From the human T2T-CHM13v2.0 reference genome, Homo sapiens, in NCBI RefSeq assembly GCF_009914755.1, contig NC_060935.1: 64,000 nucleotides of DNA; one strand, written 5' to 3'. Each line of letters starts with the position of its first letter. Within the stretch, counting starts at the first letter, position 1. The notes beneath the pieces were generated by a model. The model was not told where the DNA came from. It made no database searches and worked only from the letters and a program-made list of their open reading frames with translations. Below, piece after piece: positions 45,001 through 58,940 of the stretch. The position numbers and the translations under genes were made by a program.

Positions 45001-46634
45001 TCTTTGCTGCTTGGCTGAAATATCTGTCCCTTTCATGGGAACAGGAGCCATCATCGGCTTTGTTACCCAGAAGGCTGGGTTGGCAAGCATAGCTTGGGTC
45101 TACATCCACAGCTGGGCTCTTGATACTTTCACCTGCACTCAGAACTGCACGTCTTTTCTGTGCAGGGGTAGACCTTGCTCCAGTGAGGACGGGTGGAATG
45201 CAGGCTCCCTGAAGGCAGGGCGGCCCTGACAGCAGAGCAAGGAAGGGTGCCTGTGCCACCCCTGTGCCGGCCCCACTTCTTATCACATTACCCACTTGGA
45301 GAAAGAGAGAGAGAGCAATTGAGAGCATGGAGGGATAAGCAGAAGCAGCTCTGATCACTGTTTCCAAAAGGGCTGGAGTTCCTCTATATGGGCCAAGGTA
45401 AAATGCTGAGGGAGGAGAAAGCCATTCCTCCCACATGGCCATGTGTTCATTCCAGGGCAGGGGGCCAGCACTGCGCAGACACGTGAGTCTGCATGCCTCT
45501 GGGTCCACGAACAGCTCCTGTGAGGGGTCATATTAATTACTCTTTGTGTGCCCTGAACAGCGGCATCTCCCTACACACAAGCTTGGCCACCCTGTGCCAT
45601 TTCTACACAGATTCTACTATGACTCAAACCTTTTTTCTTTCATTCTCAGCAGCATATTCCTAGTACCATCCTCCAGTTTCTGGAAGAACTATTGGTTCTC
45701 ACCAACTGGCAGTTAGTACCAGTGATTCCAGAGCTGACTTGACCCTCAATATCCAGTTCCTCATCAGCAGCCAGAACCCCAGGGGGTCCGGCCTCAGATG
45801 ATGGTGCAGGACAAAAGCCAGGAATAAGTTCCTGCATTTCTGCCCTGACCTCCTCTAGCCTTAAAAAAAAAAAAGAACGTCTTCAGGAATTAGGTGTCCA
45901 TTTGTCCATTAAGGCTACATTTTTAAAAAAAATTTCCAGCTGAAAATTTCACACAGGAATTTGTTAGTCTTTTTTTTTTTTCCCAGTGCTCTGAGTGTCC
46001 CAGGAGTCTGGCTCTTCACCTGGAAATTCTTTCTCAAATTACAATTCCCATCTCAGTGTGGTTGTCTCCATATCCCTAGGGCTTTCTGGTGGCATTCCAC
46101 AGCTCATACTGACTCTCCCTCCATCTCTGTACCCTGAGTCCAGCAATTAGACAGTATGAAAACAGAATCTCAGCACAAACAGTGTTCATCTGCAGTGCAG
46201 CAGGGCCCTGGATGTTAGATCCAAAATTCCAAAGGGTAACTCCCCAAATGTACCCCTAACTGTGCTCTTAGCAGCTGGAAGCACAAGAAGGTCAGCCCAT
46301 TCTCAGAAATAAATCTTCTCATCAGACAGTCAAGCATGCACACAGACCAGAAGAGAGTACAAAGCAGCTCTCTACCTCCCTCCCTACCAAGTCTCCTCGA
46401 CTGATATCTGGGGGTTCATCCTTCTGCTCCCTCATCCCCTCTTAGATCTTGGGTCCTCTCTTCTTCCCTCCCAGGGTCCAGGTGCTTCTTCCTCCTGACC
46501 TCTGTCTCAGGCACTCAGGCAGTAGGTTTCATCCCTTTTTCCCCTTGATGGAAATCAAAGGAGACTTCAGATACTGTAAGTCCTACGTGCAGGACGGGAG
46601 AGACAATACCCAGAAGATAAACCTTCTCCAAGTC

Positions 46635-47108
<474 letters not shown>

Positions 47109-48307
47109 GTATAACTGAATGTCACTTTTTCTGTCTTACCAAAGATGTTCTTCTGCTGGGTATAGACCAGATCCCCAGGAGAGAGACAGGTCCCCACCCT
47201 GGGAAAGGGGCCCAGATGCATAATTGAGCAGCCTTCCATTTCAAACTTCCTTACTCTCCTGGGCCTGGGGGATAGGAATTGATGGGGGCACTGGGGTTGG
47301 TGCTTTTCATCTCTCAGTGACAAACAGTAAGTAGTGCGTGCAAAGCAGTGTGGCCGTGAGGATGGTAGAAAGGAGGTCTCTGCTGCCAGGACCCCATCTT
47401 CTGCCTTAGAATAAATAGGCCAAAGAGACACCCATTGATCTGGAGATTTCAGCCCAGCAGAAGGCCTGCCTCTCCGCAGCCCTTGGCTGGACTTCCTGGA
47501 ACTTGAAAATGGGTAAGAAAAATAGTAGGTAGTCTGGGCTAGAAGAAAAGGCTGAGGGAGCCGGCCCAGTATAGACGTTTATTCTCAAAATTCTTTTAGG
47601 TCCCCAGGGAGGCTCTGGATTGCCCCCTTGGTCCCAAGCACTAGGGTCCCTCTGGTAGAGGATACTTCAGCCAGCAGCCTTGCCTCTGTGTCCCATGAGA
47701 GAGGATGCCATGCGAGCCGGGCTTCCTTACAACTAGCTCAGCATCTGCCTCAGTCCTCCTCACTCATTTCCTTGGACCCCAGCATTATATTCTGGCCCTG
47801 GGCTCCAGTAGTACAGTCCCTTCTGTTATCTAGCGATGCACCCTGAGCCCAAGGCTGTAGCAAGGGGGGATTGGTACAGTGTGTGTGGAATGTATGTGTC
47901 TCTGTTTAGGGACCAAAGTTAAATACAGATGCTCGGGTTGCGTTTCTCAGTGCACTGACAGCCTCTTAGAGCAGCACGGCTTTTCTTTATCACTTATTAC
48001 TCCAGTCGGTTCTCCCCAGAATGCCTTGAGGTAGGTATTATCAACTCTATTCTACAGACAAGGAAATGGAGTCTTCAAGAAGGGAGTCACTCTCCCAGCT
48101 AATGGCAGGACTAGGATGCGCATCTGAGTCTACTGACTTCTACCCCACACCTTCCTTCATCTTTTCACATGTGTACTCTAATGGGGCAAGAGTTGTAAAC
48201 ACTAACACCCAGTCCAGGAGGATTTGTTTCTGGGAGTATCTCATCCCAGCCTCAACCCCGAGACCCCAATCCCAACTCAAGAACCTTCTGAGAGGACTTT
48301 CTTAGGA

Positions 48308-49225
48308 AAAAACCTACCCTGGCTGGGAGACACAAGTCTCCTTGCAGAGGACACCAGGATGATCAAGGCCAATATCCTAGCTGATGAGCTCATATTCTGA
48401 TAGAGGAGGCTGACCTGTAAGCAAATGATTGGAGAAAAAAAATCATATGTTGAGAGGCATGAATCCAGGGCTGTGGGAGCAGAGAGGGTGGTAGAAGACA
48501 GGAAAGAGCCCTGGACCTGCTGTGGCATCTCCCTGGAGAGCTCAGGACCTGGAAGTTTCCCAATGGGGAGGACAAGTGGGCCTCTGCTCTGCCCAGCAGC
48601 CCTTCTCTCAACCTAAAGCCAGAAATTCCCAAGCTGAGCCTGTTGGATCTCAGGGTTAAAAAACCTACCCAACAAACCTACCCGGGCCAGGAGACACAAG
48701 TCTAGGTCTCTTTGCTGCAAGACTGCAGCCAATGGCAGACTATCCTGTTCCTCCTCCACCAATGGGATCAGTCACTGTGGCTTCTATAAGCCTCCAGCCA
48801 GCCTTAAAGGACCTGCTCAAATGTCCCTCCTCTGGGAAGTCTTTCCTGCCTTCTTCCACCCTCTCTGCTCCCACATCCCTGGATTCATGCCTCTCAACAT
48901 ATTTTTTTCTCCAATCATTTGCTTACAGTTCAGTCTCCTCTATCAGAATACGAGCTCATCAGCTAGGATATTGGCCTTGATCGTCCTGGTGTCCTCTGCA
49001 AGACAGACCAGAAATTACCCACCCAACCAGGCTCAGGTTGGGGGTCCTTGCAGCCCTTCTGGAACCCTGGACCTGGACCTGCTGTGGCATCTCCCTGGAG
49101 AGTTCAGGACCTGGAAGTTTCCCAACGGGGAGGAGGACAAACGGGCCTCCGCTCTGCCCAGCAGCCCTTCTCCCAACCTAAAGCCAGAAATTCCCAAGCT
49201 GAGCCTGCGGGATCTCAAGGTTAAA
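48308..49225. repeat. Local complex duplication (inverted copy plus direct copy plus ~30-bp flanking duplication)
   Basis: 48341-48507 = reverse complement of 48840-49002; 48510-48660 = 49072-49225; 48310-48339 resembles 48675-48703. Confidence 0.95.
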
Positions 49226-49538
49226 GGACAACATGGAGAAGAAGATGCCATCCTGTAGGGCCATTCAGAGGGCCATCTCCTGTCACAGACAAGGGAGTTG
49301 GTCAGTTCAAAATGATTGCAGGGGACCCTGATGGGCAGCATATGATGACAGGTACCACCTGGTGCATGATCCAAAGTCCAAACAGACAAGGACTCAGTTT
49401 TTGCCTACGTGTCTGCCCAGAGGTATCAAGGACGAAGTCCCCCACTGAGGTCAAAGGCAGGCTGTGTTTCTAGGTAAGGATAGGGACTTGTCTATTGGTA
49501 AAGTGGCCAAACATAAAAGATACTCAATCCATGCATGT

Positions 49539-49582
49539 TGAATGAATGAATGAATGAATGAATGAATGAACGAATGAATGAA
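49539..49582. repeat. (GAAT)n at an L2 3' tail
   Basis: About 10 tgaa units after an L2-end-like sequence. Confidence 0.9.
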
Positions 49583-50109
49583 AACCCTACTCTTACCTGA
49601 AACCCAGGCTGAGTGCCTCTCCAGGATTCCAGCACCCAGGGAAAGGAGATCCAACCCAGGGGCTGCACAGAGGATACCTCCCGCCTGGGATGAGAACAAG
49701 AGCTCCACTTCGGCTTATTGGGAAATCAATAAGGAGGCGGGCCCTGCCTGGCAGGCTGACACCCTGTATACGGGCCTTCTGCAAACACAATCATCTCCTC
49801 AGTTATTAATGGGCCCCGCTCGCTGCCTCTTCATTAGTGCTCAAATATCCACAGAAAACCGTTTACTTACCATGGGCTCCTGCTCGCACCGAGCAAATTT
49901 GGACAGGGCTAGTCAAACAGGGAGCTTGTTGTCGGGCTAATGACAGAGCCCAGTGTAAAGTTTAGCAGCAGCAGAAGCAGGCAGAGAGGGCACCAGCCTG
50001 CACCTGCCCCCAGGGGCAGCCCAGCATGAGCTGGGAGGAGGAGAGGAGGAGGGGAGCAGTGTCAGGGAGAAGTGGGTGTCCTGAGCCCGAGGCCACACTG
50101 TAGGGGTCC

Positions 50110-50540
50110 TGCACCTGAACTATGCTGGGCCCCTCAGCCGTAATCAGCTATCATCTCTTCAGATGGTCACAGCAACCCTGGGAGCAAGGCCCCACAGGCA
50201 TTGCAAGGCAATGTGGAGCAGTGGCTGAAAACTGGGCTTCACAGCTAGACAGGGTTCAAGTTCAAACCCCAGCACTGGGCAATTGTGTGGCTCGGTGCAG
50301 ATTAGGTGGCCTAAGCCTCCGTTTCCTCATCTGGGAAATATAATACTACTTACCTCACAGAGATGTCATGAAGATTAAATCATTAGTGCACAGCACAGTG
50401 CTAAATTCCTAGGATCCTCTTTCGCAGATGAGAAAACTGAGGCTGGGATGAATTTGAGACTCTTGCCCAAGGCTATACGCTTAGGAAGTGGCAGAGCCAG
50501 ACTGGAACCCGTGGCTCCCGACTGCAGGTTCAGGGTGCCT
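50110..50540. mobile_element. Two oppositely oriented MIRs (nested or adjacent)
   Basis: Plus strand: gcctccgtttcctcatctgggaaat...; minus strand: cagatgagaaaactgaggct...cttgcccaaggc. Confidence 0.7.
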
Positions 50541-53500
50541 TTCCACAGTGTCCCTCCAGTGTTCTCTACTGCAGACATGCACCCTGTGAACCCAGCCTGC
50601 CCCAACACTGGCACTCTGCCTCAGGTGGCCCAAGCTCCCCTAAACGCTCAGCATGGATGAGCCCAGGCTGACTCACCCCTAGAACACCCCTCCCTAATCC
50701 TCCCCGACTTGCTCCTGCTTCTGTCCTCTGTATCTCTGGTGTAGACTGAGAGTGAGGATCTTTAGGGCTCACCTTTTTTATCCTCAGCCAGCCCCAGCCT
50801 CTCAAAAGATGTTATCTCTTTGTGGGGGTCTCCGCAGAACAATCCATCTGGGCCCTGTAAGGGGCACTCGGGCTTGGGGCTCCCCACCAGGCACTGGCTC
50901 TCAGTCAATAGCCTGAGCTGGGACTTGGGCTCATCTGGGATCTGGACAGTAACGTGTTCAACATCTTTTCTGGGGAGACGGTTGAGAGGCTCTCAAGCTG
51001 AGCCCAGCGTCAGCAGAAAGGACCAACAGGTGACTGCAAAATCAGAGGAGCTGAGAAGCATGCGCCAGGGGCAGAAGAGTCAACTAGGGGAGCTGTATAT
51101 CTTACCTGCCTGCCAAAACTCCCATCATGCCTCTGCTGCAAACAACTGCCAAGCATCCCTTGGGTACCATGGCAGCCCCATGCCAGGCCTGGGGATGCTG
51201 AGCTAACGGCCTTGGCCGTAGAAGATTTGGGCCTATTGCCAGGAACACACAAGGAAACATATCCACAGTGGTTAGAGCTACAACCAGGCACACCAAAAGA
51301 AACCCAAGAGCAGGACAAAGGAGGACTTGGTTCTGTCTGATGGGTAGAAGGTGACTTCATAGAGCATGACTTTTCAAATACAGGTGAGAATGAGTTTCCA
51401 AGCAAGGGATAAAGGGAGGGCCTTCCAGGCATAATAACAGCACAAGCAGACAGGGAGGTGTCAATGAACAGGACACAATCAGAAAACAGTGAGGCCAGAG
51501 AGGCCAAATGGGACCAGTCTTGACAATCATTGTATCCCACAATATGGCACTGTAGGTGTGAGAAGTAACGGTGTTTGTTCTGTCTCTATTTGAATGCTTT
51601 CTGTGACAAGGAGCTCACTCTCTCATAGGCCAATTTGTTCTGTGTCATGCCATCCGTAGCACCAAAGGATACTTAGCCCACCCCGCCTAAGTCAGCCCTG
51701 GGGCAACACAAGGCAACGAGTCAGGCTAGTACTGAGTGTACAGAAGTGAACAGGAAAGACAGCCCTGCTCTCAGGGAGTTGCATTCTGGAGGGGGCAGGA
51801 GGATGTGAACACACACACACCCACATAGCAAGATAATTCCCCATAGAGATAATGCGTCCAGGAAAGTAAGCTTGTGCAGTGATGGGAAATACAGAGGGGA
51901 CGGGGAGCTATTTTCATTGCTGTGGGCAGAGAAGGCCTATCTGGAGAGAAGACATTTGAACTTTAGATGAAAGAAAGGAAGGAGGATTCCTGGGTTTCTC
52001 TTGACAACTGGGTGTGTGTGGTGCCCCTTGCTGAGACAGGGAAGGATATGGAAGTAGGGAAGGACAGGGGTAGACAGCCACTGCCCTTCAGGTGGACCGC
52101 CTAACAACTGCTGTGAGCTGGGCAGCTTACATGTGCCCAGACACTAGTGGGTGCCCACTTGTACTCGCATGTGTGCACGCTCTTGTGCACACTTGCTCAT
52201 TTCTCTCTTTGGCACACATGCTCACACGTGAGCCTCTGTGTGTGTGTCCTTCTTTCCACAGAATGAATGCACTGGCAGGGCACATGCCTGCTGGGCCTGA
52301 TACCCCAGGCTTGTCATCCTTATAGGCACAAATGGTTCAGCTTCACAAAACACAGATGTGCACTGATGCTTCCTTGCACGCTCTCACACACAGCCTGTGG
52401 TCCTTGCTGTGCTCACCAGTTCACCTGCTTTTTTAACCTTGGCTCATGCGTACATCCACCCCAGGGTGACTACACTGGGTTTCTCTCCCAGAAGGGAAGA
52501 AATTCTGACGTCTGAGTCATTTGAATCTGTGGCACTGAAAGGTCTCCTGACCAGAAGGAACAAGAAAATGTCACTGGCTGATGGGGACAATTTTAATGCA
52601 AAATGCCACCTTCTAATGATTGTACCTTTTGCTGCAGCTGTCAGCAAAAAGACACTTAGCTCTTCACCAGGGGCCAGACTCTGAGGATCACAGAGTTTTG
52701 TACTTCCTTCTGCCGCCCCTGCTCCCATGCTCCCAGAATTGTGATCTTTGGGCCATCTTGAGTTCCTCCCAGCACCAGCCCAGCCTTCCTCCTGCATGAA
52801 AGGGAGAAGGGGCCTGGGTGAGAGCTCCCTGGAAGCCCTTCACAGGACTTCTGTCACTCCTCCACCTTCCAGCCACCTGAAAGGGGATGAGGAGCTCCTG
52901 CTTCATCCACTTGAAACCAGGACCTGGGGTCGGGACCCTCCCCAGGGCTCCCATAGCACCCAATGCCTCCCCTATCACTGCATTCCCCTCTGTGTAGGAA
53001 GCTCCTCTGCTTCATCTCTCCCCTCGGGAAAACTCTCAGCAGGAAGAGGAGACGGGTCCCATCCATGTTGTTCACCACTCTGTCCTCGGAATCCAGTGAA
53101 GCCCTGGCTCATTGTAGGCACTCCACAATATCTACTATGAAGAGTAATGGAGTGAAGGGAGAAAGGAACCATGCTCCTCTTTTCCAGGCAAAAGGAGAAG
53201 TATATTTCTGTTTTCCTCAGACTACTCTGGTCCAAAGTGCTCCTATTCTCTCTCTTCCTAAACTACCCCAAGAGGCCACTCCTGTCCCTATACACCTTCA
53301 GCAGCCCCTCCCTCAGTGGGGAGCTCCAGCATCTTCCACGTCCACCAGCTCTGCTCCCGCTCACACAGCACACCCACCCCACAAACACCCAGGCCAGCCC
53401 CCAAGATTCCTCACCCCTGGGTATATCATCAAACACGAACCTCAGAGCTGCAGTAAGGAATTTTGCAGATAAAACTTCCCAAATCAGTTGACCTTAAGAG

Positions 53501-53556
53501 ACAGGGATTGTCCAGGTGGGACTGACCAATCACTGAGCCCCTTAAAAGCAGAGCTT

Positions 53557-53868
53557 GGCCAGCACGGTGGCTCATGCCTGTAATCTCAGCACTTTGGGAG
53601 GCTGAGGTGGGTGGATCACTTAAGGTCAGGAGTTCGAGACCAGCCTAGCCAATATGGTGAAACCCTGTCTCTACTAAAAATACAAAAATTCACCAGGTGT
53701 GGTGGCACGTGCCTGTAATCTCAGCTACTCAGGAGGCTGAGGCACAAGAATTGCTTGAAGCTGGGAGGTGGAGGGTGCAGTGAACCAAGATTGTACCACT
53801 GCACTCCACCCTGGGCGACAGAGTGAGACTTTGTCTCAATAAATGAATGAATCAATGAATCAATGAAT
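53557..53868 (+). mobile_element. AluS (Sx-like)
   Basis: TSD gcagagctt at 53548-53556 and 53869-53877; (aatg/aatc) tail. Confidence 0.92.
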
Positions 53869-54249
53869 GCAGAGCTTATTCTGCTGGCCACAGAAGGGAA
53901 GCCAGAGAGACGGGAGGCATGAGAAGGATTCAACACACCTTGCTGGCGTGAAGGTGGAGGGAGTTGCATGGAGAGGACCTGGAGTGGCCTCTGGGAGTTG
54001 AAAGTGACAACCAGCCAACAGCCAGCAAGGAAATGGGGACTTCAGTCCTACGACTTCTAACACCATAAATGAGCTTAGAAGTGGATTATTTTCCAGAGCC
54101 TCCAAATGGAAACTCAGCCCCACACCTTGAGTTCAGCCTCATGGACACTCTCAGCCATACCACACCTCTAAGTTACAGAACTGGGACATCATACATTGGC
54201 GTGCAGCTTTTTGTTGATGCTGTTGCTGTTTTCATTTTGTCCTCCTTAA

Positions 54250-54482
54250 AATTTTTTAACTGTGGTAAAATATACCTAACTAAAATTTACCATCTTTACC
54301 ATTTTTAAATACGCTGTTCAACAGTGTTCAGTGTCTTCACACTGCTGTGCAACCCTCACCATCTGTCCCCAGAGCACTTTTCGTCTTACAAATGGAAACC
54401 CTGCACCCATTAAATGACTCTTCATGTCTCCCTCTCCTCAGTCCCTGGCAACCGCCATTCTACTTTCTGTGTCTATGAATTT
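54250..54482 (-). mobile_element. L1MB 3' end
   Basis: tgtggtaaaatatac...aaatttaccatc...ccctggcaaccgccattctactttctgt. Confidence 0.8.
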
Positions 54483-54696
54483 GTATGTATTGTTTTAAAC
54501 TGGTAGGTTTATAATAAGTTGTGCAGCAATAGAAAAGTAATTTGTTAAGCATCTATTGGGTACTGAAAAGCCTTTATCTCATACGAGCCTCACGAAAAAA
54601 TACCTATGTGGTAGAATTCATGAAGATAATAACTATAACTTACAGTATGTGTGGTACCATGCTACCTGTTCATATGTATTTTCTCATTTAAGCCTA

Positions 54697-55067
<371 letters not shown>

Positions 55068-57287
55068 TGGCCCAAGGTCACTCGGCTAATAAATGGCAAA
55101 ACTATGTCCTTAACCACTGTTCAGCTCAATTGGATTGCACTTCCTGAAATCAAGAGAACAGGGCTATGTGGATGCGTCACGTGGCATTTGCCTCACATGG
55201 CATTTGCTGAGACAGGGCTGGAGGAGATGCTGGTGGCTCATCTCTAGAAACTGCACAGTCTCGGTGAGGATGCAAGGAGGGCATTGCACAGTGAAATCAG
55301 GGTCAGATGCTGAAACTGGGCCCTGTAACTTCAAACTGGGTAAGAAGCAAGCAGGAATCCTGAGGGTTGGGATGGATCAGGGCCCCCTCCCCACCCCACA
55401 GTCCCCTTCTTCAATCAGGGTAACTCCTTATTTAAATATTTTATATGTTAGAGTTCATTTCATAAAATTTCATTTTTAAGAGGTTCCACTGCTAAAAACA
55501 TGTCTGCAAATCGCTCATCTGCTCCAAGCCCTTTTACTGTAATGTGGTGTACCTACTATAAAGGCTCAGAGAGGTCAAGTCCTTTGCGTAAAGTTGTACA
55601 GCCTTTTCTGATCGAGCCAAACCTAGACTATACGAGGTCTTCTCTCATCTCTCTCTTTGGGTCACTGGGCATATTTCATAGATGACTAAGACCCCAAAAT
55701 TCCATGGGCCTCTGCTGTTAGACTTGAAGTGGCTCTGAAGCCAAGGCTGACAGACAAAACAAGATCCCACACAGAGATGGAGAACAGGCCTGGAAGTTAG
55801 CACGTGGGTACCAGTCTCGACTCTTTGAGTCTACCCAGTTGCATGACCTAAGCCACATTTCTCCCTTTAGCCTCAGTTTCCCCATCTATGAGGGTGTAGA
55901 CTGGGTAGCTCCATGTTTTACCAGCATGGATGTGTGAGCCCATGGCTCTGTGACCATAGAGAAGCTGGCAAGGAAGAAACTCAGCCTGACAGCAGTGACT
56001 CAGCACTTCCTCCCAGCTCTCTCCCCTGGCAACTCACCCCCACCAAAAAACGATGAGAGACATTAAAATACAAAGCAGCTTCAGACAGGAAAAGTGGAGC
56101 GGAGGTGCAGAGACCGTGAGGCAGGAGGTGTCAGCACCAGAGGAAGTAATTTAATAAGGGCTCGCTTGGAAATTATATCACCCCAAATAATATAATAAAC
56201 CCTAATTTACTCACATTTATCTCCCAGAGTTTTTTTGGGGACACATAATCTTGCCTGCTCTACAGTGATGGATTAGCGCAATGGAAACTCCACTGGGAAA
56301 TAAAAAAAATACATCTTGTAGTTTTTGACGCGTTATTATTCAGTGTTATCTCACATGCCTCATTCCAGGCCCATTACTCATGTTCACTTTTTTCTTTCTG
56401 CTTTTCTTTCCCCTCCCCTCCTTAAAAATCAGGGCCAGAGACAGGCTGCCAGCACATGGCATTTCTCTGCAGTTCACCTGCACACAACCCAGTGTTAGGG
56501 TGTCAGGGATTGGGCGAGGGGTGGTAGGAGAGAGGTGGTCCTTCGGGAAGATTCTGCAGAATGCAGACATTGCCAGTGGTCTGTGGTGAGGGGCTGCCTC
56601 CATCCTGCCCCTTTTTCAGACTGCAATCCTAGATCTGCGCCCGCTGTTCTCCTGGGACCCAGCTGGTCCCTGAAGTCTAAGGGGACACCAAAGCCCACTA
56701 ATCTCCAGCTGACCACCAGGGCTGGCCTCAGCATCGTTAGGTCTGAGCCCTACTATGGGACTTGGGATAGGAAAGTATCTCAAGCAAGAGCAGGTGGGGG
56801 TTATCAGGAGGATAAGGGATTATCTCTTGGAACCGGAGAGTAGGGAGTACAGCCAGCGCTTACAAGGGAGTGGAGAGTTGGGATCCAAGGCTGCTTTCTG
56901 TGTCCTTCTGGGCTTTCACATTCTCTCTGTCTCTTTCTCTCCACCCCTCCCCATTCCCTAGCCTCTCTTTTTCTTCCTCTGTGCATTGATCTCAGATGTG
57001 TTCCTTTTTCTACATCCTCTCCCAGGTCTACCATCCAAAAGACAGCATCCCAACTCCCTATTTCCAGGAAAGAGCCTCTGAGTGGCCAGCTCTGGCCAGC
57101 TCCATCCCTGGTCCAGGGAGCTACGAAAATAGAGTGAGGGGAGGCGAGGATTTGAAATCAAGTAGGATTTTCATGGTAGTTAGACCCAAGGCTTCAGTGG
57201 CCAGTTGTCCAAGAACAAGGTGTAGGCAAGGCAGGTACTCTAAGAGGTGACTGTTATGACTTAAGCGTCTAAGGCTCGGTTTCCTTA

Positions 57288-57650
<363 letters not shown>

Positions 57651-58479
57651 TCATGCTATCCAATGATCCCTCTGACCCTCCCAATTTGCATGGGAAGGTC
57701 TTTCTCCTCCCCTCTCAGAAGATGCTGATGGTCCTCTTTGGCCCTAAGTAAGCCCAAGCTACAGAGGGGAGTGATGGCAACCACCTGTGTGCTTGGCACT
57801 GCCTTTCCAGCCTCCTGAAGGCAGTGGTCCATAAACCTGCTGTCCCCAGGTGAAGGAAGAAGGGGAAGAAGGCCCAGAGCACCCTGGGAGATGCCATGCA
57901 TAATTGCTAATAAGCAGGCGTGACCGAGTCTTAACAATAATTAATGTTACCAACCAAGAACTTGTCCATTTCGGGGTCTAATGGTTTTTCAGCACATTAA
58001 ACATTAAAGGGGCAATCACCTCGCATGCACCGGTGCCCACACGGCTGCCCCGTGTCTTGCCTGCTGACAACCGGGAACTGCAGGCAGAGCCCCAGGCAGA
58101 ACCTGGAGGGCGGGGAGGGGCTGTTCCCCCACCCTGCGGTTCTAGGCACAAAACCTCATCAGACTGCCTCCTGAAGGCCCTGGCTGCTGCCCATGGGAGT
58201 TGGCCTCAGCCCGGATGGGATGTCTCCATAAGGCCCTGCTTTGCATCTCCAGGGTTGAGGTCCCCCGGGTCAGAAAGAGGTCGGGCTCCGAGGTCAGGAA
58301 AGCCCTGCCAGATTCCCCTTGCCACCTCCCCTCCAGTGGCATTCTTCCAAAGAAGGACACTCCACTGCCAGGTCAACCGCTTCCCACTGGAATGGGGCAG
58401 ATTCTGGACATTCGGAGTAAATAGAATTCTCTGTAACTCTATGCACTGTCAGTCACTCCTATGTCGTCTCCTCTTTTAT

Positions 58480-58940
58480 TCTATACAATTTGCAGTATCA
58501 ATTTTGCTATCCCCATTTTGCAGCTAATGAAATATAGGCTCAGAGAAACTGACTAGTTCACTCAAGATACACAGCGATGAGAGGAGGCGCCAAAATTCAA
58601 ACCCAGGTTTAGCCTTCTCCAACGTCTGTGTCCTTAGAGGAACCCTCCCAAGTGCATTTGCAGACTCTCCATGTGCCCTGGATAAGTGGTTCTGGGCCAT
58701 AGAAGCAGGAGTTGTTGAGATTCTTGGCTCTTTCTGAGGTCCAGTAAAAGTAGCTCTTGACCTGAAATTGGAAGACCTGGGGTCTTCAAGTGGGAGCTCT
58801 GGTCCTGCTTTACAGTATGACCTGAGGCAAGTTATTTAATCTACACTGTGCTTCTGTTTTCTCACTTGAGAAATGGAAAGAATATTTTCTACTTAACATG
58901 ATTTTTGGAGGTATTAAATGAGAGTACAGAAGACTTAGGA
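58480..58940. mobile_element. Two MIR fragments (minus then plus)
   Basis: atccccattttgcagctaatgaaatataggctcagag; tatgacctgaggcaagttatttaatct. Confidence 0.65.

Larger units (their letters stand above)
53395..54540 (+). mobile_element. MLT1E-type LTR interrupted by an Alu and an L1MB fragment
   Basis: ggaattttgcagat...aatcagttgaccttaag; cagccagcaaggaaatggggacttcagtcctac; end gcagcaatagaaaagtaa. Confidence 0.78.

Noticed and set aside
45628-45990. Two polypyrimidine-AG splice-acceptor-like sites (45648, 45986)
   Set aside because: No matching strong donor or ORF; a lncRNA exon cannot be supported without transcript data
48308-49225. Interpretation as a DNA transposon with TIRs or an LTR element
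   Set aside because: The repeats are copies of local (partly L2-derived) DNA, interleaved and not terminal, with no TG..CA ends or internal coding sequence
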